Shown here piece by piece: positions 49,570-60,819 of a DNA stretch of 64,000 nt. The position numbers and the translations under genes were made by a program. Location: contig MU056303.1 in assembly GCA_013239625.1 (NCBI GenBank), forward strand, positions 10,658,049 to 10,722,048, written 5' to 3'. The notes beneath the pieces were generated by a model that was not told where the DNA came from, ran no database searches, and saw only the letters and a list, made by a program, of their open reading frames with translations. The first letter of the stretch is position 1, and every line of letters begins with the position of its first letter. Source of the stretch: Lama guanicoe. Taxonomy: Eukaryota.

Positions 49570-49795
49570 CACCTAATGAAGCAGTTCCCAGACTCCCAGG
49601 TAAATAAATAGAATCGGCAGCATTCTGTGTTCTAGATCCTCCTCCGTGCCCGATGCCTGGGAGATTAGAAATATTTAGAAGGCATTATTTAATTAGTTAG
49701 CGAATGCAATGCTTACTTTAATTTTGTAAATTCAGTAGGCACAAGTGCCTGCCCACCTGCTCCGGTTGCCATAACGACTTTAAATTTCATTTGTG
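49570..49795. promoter_or_regulatory. Candidate enhancer with RFX X-box, FOX and homeodomain sites
   Basis: GTAAATA, TTAATTAG and GTTGCCATAACGAC (49765-49778). Confidence 0.45.
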
Positions 49796-50762
49796 GTCCC
49801 TGCTGCTGTTTCTTCTTTGATTGTGTGTGTCTGTGTGTTTTGCTTGTCGGGGGGAGTGTGTAGTTTCTTCTCCCATCCTCCCCTTCCCCGAAGCCCTTAC
49901 CTGGATGCCTTCAATTTCATCTCCTTCTGTTTGTCCTCTGTTTCCTTCAGGGTCTCCCTCCATCCCTTTCCCTCACGGTTGGGGTTTAGGGGAGAATGAC
50001 CTTTGTCCACTGCTGGAACCCAAGGACGAGAGTTCCCAAAGTTTCTCTCGGGTGCTTTAGGCTTAGGGGAATGCGTGGCTGTCTATGTGCTGTGATTTCA
50101 GGGACACTGGGAAGGCCCTGAGAGCCGGGAGTGTCCACCTGACCCAGTGTCACAATGCCTGAAATGTCCCCGTTGAAAATTTGTAACCCCGGTTCGTTCT
50201 TTTAGGGGAGGGATTTTGAAGGGATTAAGCTGTCAAGAGGCTCTTGAGAGGACCTAGCGACTGGCGTGATGGGCGCTGCTGGATTTGGGGAGGAGCAGAA
50301 GAGCACTTCATTCCTGGAGGGGCATCAGAGATGCAGGAAGGGAGCACTTACAAGAGAATCTCTGAGGGCACGTGCTCCCCTGTGCGTGCTTTGGTCCAGG
50401 AGAAGTCTACCTCTTTGGTAGGCTGCACCATTTTCCCTGAAATGCGTCAGAGAGTTCATAGACCTGGAACACAGGCAACCCGTGGGCCGGCATGTAGGAT
50501 GTTGGTCACCCCAGGCTTCCTGAACCTCTTGTTGGGTTGACCTGACACGTCAGTGATGCTGGATGCTTTTCTGCTGAGGAGCAGGGAGACCAGATTGCAG
50601 AGGGTTCTGGAAAGCAACCCGAAAGGAGAGAGACCCCAGAAGCTGCCTCTACCAGGGGCAGAAGAGGTGGTCCACGAGGGAGCCTGGAACCTGAGCTTAA
50701 CACGCAGCATCCCAAGAGGATGAGTCCAGGAGGGAGACCGAAACTGGAGTCACCTGGGGGAA

Positions 50763-51194
50763 TGCCTTAGGTTGCGCTTCCCCCAGAGCAAACCCTGAGA
50801 GAAGAATTTGCTTGCAAGTAGTTCATTCAGGCGTTGACCCTAGGTAGCACTGACAGGGGAGTGGGGAACGGAGGCAGGGCAGGGAAGAAAGCCAATAAGG
50901 CTTACTCAGTTCAGTGGTTGGCATCCTTGGGAGACTGGGACCCAAGGGGAGCTCTGGAAGATGGTATAAAACACATTGGAGAGTTAGCCCACCAGATGGG
51001 TAGGGAAACTGAGTATGAATCCTTCAGCACCTCCAACCCTCTTAGCCTTGGCTGATTCTGCCTCTGGGCACACTGATTTCCCGGCACTTCTGGTGAGCTT
51101 GCGGTGAGAGCTACAGGTGCAGTGAGATGCGGTGGGCGTGGACCGGAACGGCGCTTAGGGGACACAGGCAGGGAAGAAGGGCGCATCTGCTCCA
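50763..51194 (-). mobile_element. 3' LTR (LTR16 family)
   Basis: ttcccccagagcaaaccctgaga...tgcaagtagtt...gggaagaaagccaata ... gcatctgctcca. Confidence 0.8.
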
Positions 51195-51529
51195 GCCCAC
51201 CATTTGTGCTGCCTGCTCAGATCCACTCACGCTCCAGTGGAGCTTGCTGTGTCCTCACCGCTTCTTCCAAATGGTGACTGATCATAATTTCTTTCTTTTT
51301 TAAAGACGACTGGAGGGTTTGTGAGACAAACTGAAGTTTCGCTGGGGCAGTTGGTTCTGAGGATGCGCTTGATTTTTTTTTTTTATCGTATTGCTCATCT
51401 ACTGCCAATTCTAAATTCTCCCCATGCTCAGGCAGGATTTCTGCTGTTTTCTGCTTGCCTAGTGGGACAAAGACCAGGCTGGGCCCCTGGGCACTGGGAC
51501 TTTTTCGGGGCATTGGTTGCCACAAACCA

Positions 51530-51760
51530 CCCTTTCGTGGTTATCAAGGGGCGCCCCCCCAGTGAATTGCCTGAGTTCCAGACATAATCCTTCCCACCCT
51601 CCTTATGCAGCAGACATCCTAACTGCTCATGACAATCAGCATCAATTTCCCCTGCCAGTCTGATAACTTCTTTCTTCGCCTGCTGGTAGGCTGGCCTGAG
51701 GGGCCCCCAGGACCAGGCAGCAGCCCTTACTTGAGGGCTAGAGGAACCTCTTTTTGAGGT
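51530..51760 (-). pseudogene. ERV-L dUTPase remnant
   Basis: ORF 51428-51928 contains QQAKKEVIRLAGEIDADCHEQLGCLLHKEGGKDYVWNSG, resembling ERV-L QQAKKGVTVLAGVIDPDYQGEIGLLLHNGGKEEYVWNTG. Confidence 0.85.
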
Positions 51761-51960
51761 TTTTCCCCCCACCCTGGAACCAGACACATCAGATCCTAAA
51801 GTTGCAAGGACAAGATGCACAAATTCCTCAAGTGCGTCACTGGGAGGGATGGCGAGAAGGACCACTGGCTCCTGCCAGTCCTTGGTTTTCAGACCCAGGT
51901 ATTTTAGTGTGGGGGGACATGACACCATAAAGGAGCCACTGGTTCTAACAATATGCTGCT

Positions 51961-54213
51961 TCTTGACTAGAACCCAACCCTGCGGGTGTCATGCCATTAC
52001 CACACTGGTGCTTAGTCAAACCTCCACGAAGCCAGTGCTCCATCAAATGGACAGCTTTTGAGTGATGGACACATGGCAGGACTACTGGGTCCTGTGGTTG
52101 TGTGTCCACCCTCACACCTTGGCCCAAGGTAGTATCACACAGGAACAGTTAAATAAGATACTCTGTGAGCCCTTGGATCATGGTCCTGACCAAGACACTG
52201 TGGGTCCAAAGGCACAGCCATTCCTAGAATATGTATCAGGGCAATAAGAATGAAGAACCTCCTTTGGGGTGAATGGATCTGAGGTAATCAACTTGCCATG
52301 GAGAAGCTGCTCGGTGTCCTTGAGGGATGGTACCATATGGAGAGCAGGGCATCAGGCACAAGAGGTCGTATTCATCCCTGGAAGTAGCCAGATCAGCCTT
52401 GGTAAGAGGAAGCCTGTGCTGTTGAGTTCCTGGATAGACTTCTTCCTGGTCACCATGGCTCCATTCACTGGGATGGTCAAGGGCACAGGCGGGTTGACCT
52501 TCTTAGCTTCCTGTCCATTTGGTTGTTCAGTGCCTCCCCTGTGCTGGGTCTTGGGAAAGATTCATACACTTTGCCCCCATCTTTCAGTCTTGCTCCTTTC
52601 AGGCCCCTGGCCACAACCAGCTTAAAGTCATTCACCACCGCCCAGGACTATGTGATTATCATAACGGTAGGCACCTTCTCCCACCACATGGGGTTGGTGA
52701 TCAGCTGAAGTGTTTGAAGCCCTCTCCACTGGGAGGGTTCCCCTTCTCTGCTGGTTTTCAGGGCTGCTTCTGTGTCAGGCTGTCGGGAGATGGCAGTCCA
52801 TTTTTGGCTCATGCCTGTATACACAGTTAACGCATCTGTGAACCAGGCCCAGGGTTTTCCTCCCCAATCAGCTGGTGATGGTGAACTCCATACAAACAGG
52901 AGCTGAAAGAAACATATTGGGGCAGAAAAGTAGGTGACACGCGCTCTGGGTCACCTGCTTGTGCCCTCTGGATCCGCTTGAGCCTGGTCCCAAATGTGTC
53001 ATTGCCATTAAATGACAGAACACTTCAGGGTCCACACAAACAAGGACCTGGCAGGTCTGAAATCACCCAAATTATGACGGACAGCCCTGGTATCATAGTT
53101 CCTTCATGTCCCACGGTCAGGTGCTCAATCTCTGCCAGGGCCCAAGAGCAAGCTCAAGGCTGCTTTTTGATGGTGAGAATTTTTTTTCCCCTGCAGATAG
53201 CATAGCCTTGCTTGGCTCCTAGAGTTTTGTTCTGTGACTCCCCTGCTTACGCTTGCCAGAGATTCCAAAGAACATTGTTATCTACCCCAGATATTGCTAC
53301 CATCATGGAATCTGCCAAGTCTTATGGTGCCATGTAAAGGCTTCTTCTTAAAGGTGGGACATTCAAGGTCCAGTGATTTCTCCTCTACTTTGGAGAAAAT
53401 ATCTCAGTATGCCCCAGACCACGGGATCTTTAAAACCTTTGCTGATGTGGCATGCTTCTGGGTCTTCGCGGTGCTTCTCGCCCATTCTTGGTGCACACAT
53501 CTTAGCAGGGCTTCTGCGGACTTACCACTTCCTGCTCACCGGACCTGTTATAATGCTGTGTCAGTACGATGGGCCAGTTGGATGTTCTGCGGCATGTTCA
53601 GAAAATCAAGGTTCCCTTGAACTCCATGATGACAGAGAGCAGAAGAGTTAAATAGATCTGGGGAAAGACCATTAAAATGGATGCTATGTGTTCCAATTCA
53701 ATGCAAGCTGATTCTGATTCTTTTTAAAGGGGATTGAGAAGATTGCATTCACCAGATTGAAAACCACACACTAAGAGTTGGAGGCTGTTCTACCAAAGAT
53801 ATGTGGCAAAAGAATTGCACTTGAGGCTGCCACTTGGTTAAGTTTATAGTAGTCCATTGTCACGTTCCATGATCCATCTGATTTTGCTGATGAATTAAAT
53901 GGGGATACAATGGGGACCATTGCCTTGTAGCATTTAAGTCTTTGAGGGTGACACTAGCGTCTATCATTCCATCTAAGATGCAGTATTGCTTCGTCCCACT
54001 CTCTTAGCATAGTGTGTGTGTGAGTGTGTGTGTGAGTGTGTGTGTGTAGCAGGAGAAGGCTTCCACTTGGATTCTCCTACCCTAAACACATGGCCTTGCC
54101 CCGACTCTAATGATGCTCAGAACCTGTATCTAACAGCCTTTGAGTTTTCTGTGCATTCTCTTTTCCCCAGTATACAGTTATTTGGTAAATGGCCAAAAGC
54201 CTTTTTTTTTTAA
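51961..54213 (-). repeat. Tandem duplication copy 1 (IN 5' part, RNase H, RT, deleted protease)
   Basis: ~99% identical to 54214-56615 at offset 2253/2250; lacks a 153-bp and a 5-bp segment near its right end. Confidence 0.97.
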
Positions 54214-56615
54214 TCTTGACTAGAACCCAACCCTGCGGGTGTCATGCCATTACCACACTGGTGCTTAGTCAAACCTCCACGAAGCCAGTGCTCCATCAAA
54301 TGGACAGCTTTTGAGTGATGGACACATGGCAGGACTACTGGGTCCTGTGGTCGTGTGTCCACCCTCACACCTTGGCCCAAGGTAGTATCACACAGGAACA
54401 GTTAAATAAGATTCTCTGTGAGCCCTTGGATCATGGTCCTGACCAAGACACTGTGGGTCCAAAGGCACAGCCATTCCTAGAATATGTATCAGGGCAATAA
54501 GAATGAAGAACCTCCTTTGGGGTGAATGGATCTGAGGTAATCAACTTGCCATGGAGAAGCTGCTCGGTGTCCTTGAGGGATGGTACCATATGGAGAGCAG
54601 GGCATCAGGCACAAGAGGTCGTATTCATCCCTGGAAGTAGCCAGATCAGCCTTGGTAAGAGGAAGCCCGTGCTGTTGAGTTCCTGGATAGACTTCTTCCT
54701 GGTCACCATGGCTCCATTCACTGGGATGGTCAAGGGCACAGGCGGGTTGACCTTCTTAGCTTCCTGTCCATTTGGTTGTTCAGTGCCTCCCCTGTGCTGG
54801 GTCTTGGGAAAGATTCATACACTTTGCCCCCATCTTTCAGTCTTGCTCCTTTCAGGCCCCTGGCCACAGCCAGCTTAAAGTCATTCACCACCGCCCAGGA
54901 CTATGTGATTATCATAACGGTAGGCACCTTCTCCCACCACATGGGGTTGGTGATCAGCTGAAGTGTTTGAAGCCCTCTCCACTGGGAGGGTTCCCCTTCT
55001 CTGCTGGTTTTCAGGGCTGCTTCTGTGTCAGGCTGTCGGGAGATGGCAGTCCATTTTTGGCTCATGCCTGTATACACAGTTAACGCATCTGTGAACCAGG
55101 CCCAGGGTTTTCCTCCCCAATCAGCTGGTGATGGTGAACTCCATACAAACAGGAGCTGAAAGAAACACATTGGGGCAGAAAAGTAGGTGACACGCGCTCT
55201 GGGTCACCTGCTTGTGCCCTCTGGATCCGCTTGAGCCTGGTCCCGAATGTGTCATTGCCATTAAATGACAGAACACTTCAGGGTCCACACAAACAAGGAC
55301 CTGGCAGGTCTCAAATCACCCAAATTATGACGGACAGCCCTGGTATCATAGTTCCTTCATGTCCCACGGTCAGGTGCTCAATCTCTGCCAGGGCCCAAGA
55401 GCAAGCTCAAGGCTGCTTTTTGATGGTGAGAATTTTTTTTCCCCTGCAGATAGCATAGCCTTGCTTGGCTCCTAGAGTTTTGTTCTGTGACTCCCCTGCT
55501 TACGCTTGCCAGAGATTCCAAAGAACATTGTTATCTACCCCAGATATTGCTACCATCATGGAATCTGCCAAGTCTTATGGTGCCATGTAAAGGCTTCTTA
55601 AAGGTAGGACATTCAAGGTCCAGTGATTTCTCCTCTACTTTGGAGAAAATATCTCAGTATGCCCCAGACCACGGGATCTTTAAAACCTTTGCTGATGTGG
55701 CATGCTTCTGGGTCTTCGCGGTGCTTCTCGCCCATTCTTGGTGCACACATCTTAGCAGGGCTTCTGCGGACTTACCACTTCCTGCTCACCGGACCTGTTA
55801 TAATGCTGTGTCAGTACGATGGGCCAGTTGGATGTTCTGCGGCATGTTCAGAAAATCAAGGTTCCCTTGAACTCCATGATGACAGAGAGCAGAAGAGTTA
55901 AATAGATCTGGGGCAAGACCATTAAAATGGATGCTATGCGTTCCAAGTCAATGCAAGCTGGTTCTGATTCTTTTTAAAGGGGATTGAGAAGATTGCATTC
56001 ACCAGATTGAAAACCACACACTAAGAGTTGGAGGCTGTTCTACCAAAGATATGTGGCAAAAGAATTGCACTTGAGGCTGCCACTTGGTTAAGTTTATAGT
56101 AGTCCATTGTCACGTTCCATGATCCATCTGATTTTGCTGATGAATTAAATGGGGATACAATGGGGACCATTGCCTTGTAGCATTTAAGTCTTTGAGGGTG
56201 ACACTAGCGTCTATCATTCCATCTAAGATGCAGTATTGCTTCGTCCCACTCTCTTAGCATAGTGTGTGTGTGAGTGTGTGTGTGAGTGTGTGTGTGTAGC
56301 AGGAGAAGGCTTCCACTTGGATTCTCCTACCCTAATGATTTCACGACACAGGTTAGCTCTGAGAATTCTGCCAACTGCTAGTTGTATCCATTTGAATCGT
56401 GCATCAGCGACCTGGGAAATGACCACTGATTAAAGCTGCAAACTCCTGGACCCACTGTGAGATGGACATCGCTCAGGAGCCCATCTACCACATGGCCTCT
56501 CTATGCCCCGACTCTAATGATGCTCAGAACCTGTATCTAACAGCCTTTGAGTTTTCTGTGCATTCTCTTTTCCCCAGTATACAGTTATTTGGTAAATGGC
56601 CAAAAGCCTTTTTAA
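54214..56615 (-). repeat. Tandem duplication copy 2 (pro-RT-RNase H-IN remnant)
   Basis: ORF 56514-56720 ITVYWGKENAQKTQRLLDTGSE (protease); minus-strand SDGSWNVTMDYYKLNQV (RT); ORF 54901-55170 AWFTDALTVYTGMSQKWTA (RNase H); QQHGLPLTKADLAT...PYGTIP..WQVDY (IN); all frameshifted. Confidence 0.95.
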
Positions 56616-56619
56616 GGAA

Positions 56620-57850
56620 GGAATGGGAGTATGGATCCTGTATATATTTTGTGTGACATGTTCAGGGTCCTTTGTCAGAAGCACCTGGTGTCCACTTCCC
56701 CTGATGGTTTCTGGGTCCAAGAACTACCTCAGGTCTGGAAATTGGATGAGAGAACTATGATTTTCGATTGTGATGGCTGAATATCAGCCTTCTGCTCACC
56801 CCATCTTGATAAACTGTGGTTATCTAAGTCAGACAATACCTTCGTTGGCAGAGAGCGTCTGTCTCACCTGTGGGAGCATGGAGGGTTGTTAGTCACTGCA
56901 GCAGGTCCCAGCAGGCCAGGGCCCCGGTTATCATTCCAGCCTTGCTGCCTGTCATGTAATCACATTCACTTTGCTTTTGACTCAATCCTGGTCATCACAG
57001 GATCCATTGACATCTTGGCGCCGTGGCAGCATCTCCTACTGTTTCCCCTGGCCTCAGACAATAGCCACCACTAGACACAGTGCCCTATTATTTTGTTCCT
57101 TCAGTGAAGGGAATGTCCTCTGGGCCCTCCTGGGGAACATAGCTGGTGTGTTCTCTGGTCTAACATAGTAAATTCATTCCAACAAGGGTGTCTCTTTGAG
57201 CCTTTTGTTCTTTCTTACTTCTCTGCCAAGGCAGCTGTGGCATTTCCACCTCATATGCTGTGGACCATTATTGTTTCCAAGCTCCAAGGGGTCATGCTGA
57301 CTGTGCACCGGAACTGGATTTAGGTGTCCTTGCAAGGGGATTAAATCCTGAGTCACAGGAAAGGCTCTCCTATCAATGAACTGTCCACGATCCAACCTTA
57401 AATTCCACCCACCCATTCCAGCATCCCGGGATCCATTCCCAGGCATATTCTTCAAGCTCCTGCTGGCCTTTCAGTAGCTTTTTCTTCTTTTTTTTTTTTT
57501 TTCTGAGTACTTCCTTTTTTTTAATAAGAAGTGACATACTTCCCTAGTCCAGTCATGCTGAGACTTGGAACTAGATACTGGCCCAGAAACAATGTGGGGA
57601 GATATAAGCACCCCCTTGAAGAGGGTAAGAATCATCTTGCAAGCCACACGCCTCTACTGAGGCTTCTGCATAGATCCAGGCAAATGAAGACTTGGCTCCT
57701 CTGCAGAGCAAGAGGGCACTTCTGCTGGCCCAGAGGACTCAGGGAATCTGTGACTTCAAGGGTACCAACCCAAACTTCCTTATCACGAGTCTAAGGATCC
57801 ATTCATTCCTTATAAGGCCCTGCCATTAGCACTGAAGGCTTACTGGGGCT
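56620..57850 (-). pseudogene. ERV-L gag remnant
   Basis: ORF 57174-57455 GGWNLRLDRGQFID resembles ERV-L gag GGRNIKLDQAEFID. Confidence 0.7.
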
Positions 57851-57883
57851 GTGAATCCAACAATGTTTGTAACTCTCCACTCC

Positions 57884-58000
57884 TTTTTTTTTTGTATATA
57901 TATATTTATTGAACTATAGTCAGTTTACAATGTTGTGGCAATTTCTGGTGTACAGCATAATGCTCCAATCATACATGAACATACGTATATTCATTTTCAT
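57884..58000 (-). mobile_element. Short lineage-specific L1 3' end inserted in the ERV
   Basis: Poly-T then tttattgaactatagtcagtttacaatgttgtggcaatttctggtgtacagcataat. Confidence 0.8.
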
Positions 58001-58230
58001 CTCATAAATAGACATTGAGTCTGGTTTTTCATTCAGCCCGCCTCTCAGATGCAGGCGATGAGGACCTCTTTAACAAGGCCCTGGGGGTCTTCCAGCTTTT
58101 AAGCTGGTTGTCGCTTGATCTCAGCTTGTCGTGTTTTTCCTTCAGAACTTCGGTGGCAGTTAACAACGGTTAACCAACTCCACAACTGTCATAATAATGA
58201 ACATCACCTCCAAAGTTTTAAAGTCTAGGC

Positions 58231-58490
58231 CAATAGTTCTCAGATTATTATTAAGGAATGGTTAAAAAAAAAAAGCTTTTGTGTGCAGATGGGCTACTAG
58301 AAAAATAAAATTAAAAAATCCATGATGTAGGTCTAATTTTTAAAATTATTAGAGCCAACAGATGTGGAATTACTCCGCCAGACTGCTATAAAAGTTTCCA
58401 TGTGCTTCCTCTCAATTTCTGCACTTCTCTAGAATCAGCTAGTTCGAGGGTGGGGGGGACTGGTCCATGGGTTGCACTTGGAGCAGTGCT
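58231..58490. mobile_element. hAT-Charlie fragment (MER119/Charlie7-like) inside the ERV
   Basis: caatagttctca... and ...ggtccatgggttgcacttggagcagtgctg termini; ctataaaagtttc...tctcaatttctg. Confidence 0.5.
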
Positions 58491-58696
58491 GCCCCAGACC
58501 AACGGTGTAGTCCAGCACAAGCCCTCCTGCCTGTATTCACTCTCCATGAATTTCTCCATGGGTCAGAGTCAGTAGCGGTGATGCTAAAGCATGTTGGAGT
58601 TGTCATCCCCTCCTTATCACCAATAGCTCGGTCTTTGTTATCATTCACTTGGCAGGTGATCTGAACCCAGAAACTTACGCTGAAGATTTGCTTCCT

Positions 58697-58714
58697 ATCT
58701 TTATTCTGGCACCA
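58697..58714 (-). other. Primer-binding-site-like sequence of the provirus
   Basis: Reverse complement TGGTGCCAGAA.. lies just after the 5' LTR; ERV-L elements typically prime with tRNA-Leu. Confidence 0.6.
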
Positions 58715-58716
58715 AA

Positions 58717-59115
58717 TATCTTCACTCGGATTCCCCCAGAAGCATTACCCGAGCCAACGATACGCACGCATGCAGTTTCTTTGAAAGTTAATCTTCAGAA
58801 CCACAGGGGGAAATAAGAAGGTAGGAGGGGAAGAAAGCTGAAAAGGATGGGTTATAGTGCAAGTTACTTCTGTGGGAACCCGGGCTCAAGTCTCCCAGGA
58901 AACTTGGACATAGATAAGGGTTTCCTCAGAGTTATTTTACCCAGGGATTACCGGCTGATGGCTTCTCCTGGGCCCTGTGACTCGGAATTTCTGGACTGTC
59001 CTGGACTGTAGGTTGGCAGGATGAAGGAAAGCTCTCAGGCAGAGGGGTATTTGGGCTTGCAGCAGGATGCCACCAAAATAGGGATCTGGGTAGGTCACCG
59101 ACAGCATCTTCTACA
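58717..59115 (-). mobile_element. 5' LTR (LTR16 family)
   Basis: ggattcccccagaagca...gggaagaaagctg ... gcatcttctaca, colinear with the 3' LTR but strongly diverged. Confidence 0.75.
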
Positions 59116-59457
59116 GAGAGGTACATTCAAAGTCCAGAAAGTCCATTTAAAGAGGTCACCCCTAAGCATATACCAGGGCAGGGTGGAGACTAAAGATGAC
59201 AGCCAGCCCACACTGGTCACTGGGAAGCAGTAAGCAGGATGCAAGACAGAGCACAATGTGATCAGAAAATATGGTACAGTCCCGGTCTGTCAGTGACCAA
59301 AGATTTTTGCAACCAGGGGCAGGGGTCTTGCTACCGAGGGTCTGATGGGGGTGGGGCATATGATACGTGATTCATAAAAGACTGAGGCTGGGAAGGGTTA
59401 TCTCTCTGCCAAAGAGTGAGGTGGAGATCTGCAGACCTTTTGTGAGTTAACTTAATC

Positions 59458-59638
59458 CAGTGATTTTTAAACTGTTTTTCTGAAAACTCTATAGTGCTAC
59501 AGAGGTGTGTCTGAGGTTTGGAATCAGCCAAGGTTCCACTCCTGCTTCAAGCATAGTAGCTCTGTGTCTGCTACCCTCTGGATCACTTTGTGTTTGAAAC
59601 AATGTTTCTGCTTCTAAAAAAGGGCTTGAAAACCACTG
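59458..59638. mobile_element. hAT-Charlie MITE
   Basis: TIRs cagtgattttta / tgaaaaccactg; flanks acttaatc / ctgtaatc as decayed 8-bp TSD. Confidence 0.6.
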
Positions 59639-60819
59639 CTGTAATCAATCTGGGGAGCTCTGATTGATCTGCTTTTGGGGGACTCCATTTGCCAAGTCAG
59701 AGGGTCAGGTCTTGGGGCAAATGATGTCCTGTGGTGGAGGCCCGACACTCAGGGAACTTCCCTGGGCCTTCTTGAGAGTAACAATGCCATTTTAAACTTT
59801 TGTTTCTTCCATCCTGTCTCTCAACCCAGAGCAGGCAGAGATGTTCAACACTAGTCATCGAGCATCTCCCAAATCACACGGATTCACCTCAGAACACAAC
59901 TCCACTGGGAGTCCTGGACAAAAGTATCAATTCATTTCCAAGCCAGAAGGATTTCATGGGATCCCTTTATCTGCCTCCGCTCAAAACCCCCACCTCACTT
60001 CCCCTCTCCTTGCACAAAGAGAATACCTTTGGACCCAGCAGACACAATCTTCTTCCTCACGGCCTCTGCGGCCCGGTACCTTGGACAGGGACACACGAGG
60101 CCATTTCCAGGACTATTGCTCCCAGGGGGACAATTTGCTCTTTGCTCTGTGCACGTCAGCAGAGCTCTTAAATTTCGAGGACAGTTGGATGAAATTGAAT
60201 GCGGCCAATTTGCATCTTCAAATTGATTTTGTACACATGGGTGTGTGCACTCACCTCTCCGGGGACAAGAGGGGAGCGGTGTGTGACAGATCATGGGCAA
60301 TGAGATGACAGTTTGCCCTGCTTGTCTTTGTGCATGGGCTCTGTAACCTTGTACCTCAGTTTCCTTTCACGGAAATGGGTGATCTCTGAGATCGCTTTTA
60401 GTTTCAGTGTTTAGGTCTTCTATCTGTGGGGAAAGAGGGTGATACGAAAATCAGTGGTCCGTGTTGCACTGCGTAGGTGTACTGCAACTCAAATGGGGAG
60501 GGTGAAAGTGTGCTCTGCACAGTCTTGGCCTTGGACCCAGGCTCAGTGTTGGGACATCGTCCTGATGAGCAGGTTTGGGGGTGTGGAGGGAGAGAGAGCA
60601 GCCTTCTTGTGCTCTGTGATTGCCTGTGGGTGATCGAGGGGGTCATCACATCTTTCTAAGCCTCAGTTGCCACATTTGTTGAGTGAGACTGAAAATATCC
60701 CTCCGAGGGTGGCTGGGGAGAGTTCTGGTTGGAAGTGCCTGGGGTATCAGCGGCACTCATCAAGTTTAGGTCTTGGTCCTGCATCGGGAGCAGTAGATTT
60801 GGGCAAAAGCTAAATTTTT

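Larger units (their letters stand above)
50763..59115 (-). mobile_element. Near-complete ancient ERV-L provirus (HERV16/ERV3-16A3-like) with both LTR16-type LTRs
   Basis: Minus-strand order LTR, PBS-like, gag, pro (LLDTGSE), RT, RNase H (WFTD), IN, dUTPase, LTR; no env seen. Confidence 0.9.

Noticed and set aside
52062-55901. Plus-strand ORFs repeated twice as a duplicated gene cassette
   Set aside because: They are antisense to decayed ERV pol and repeat only because the DNA is duplicated
56336-56488. 153-bp segment missing from copy 1 as a spliced intron (retrocopy model)
   Set aside because: On the minus strand it begins with GT, but joining to the nearby AG would give catgtg|ggtagg whereas copy 1 reads catgtgtttagggtagg; no TSD-flanked poly(A) structure
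57808-57817. Perfect CArG box CCTTATAAGG
   Set aside because: Single 10-mer inside ERV internal sequence with no supporting context
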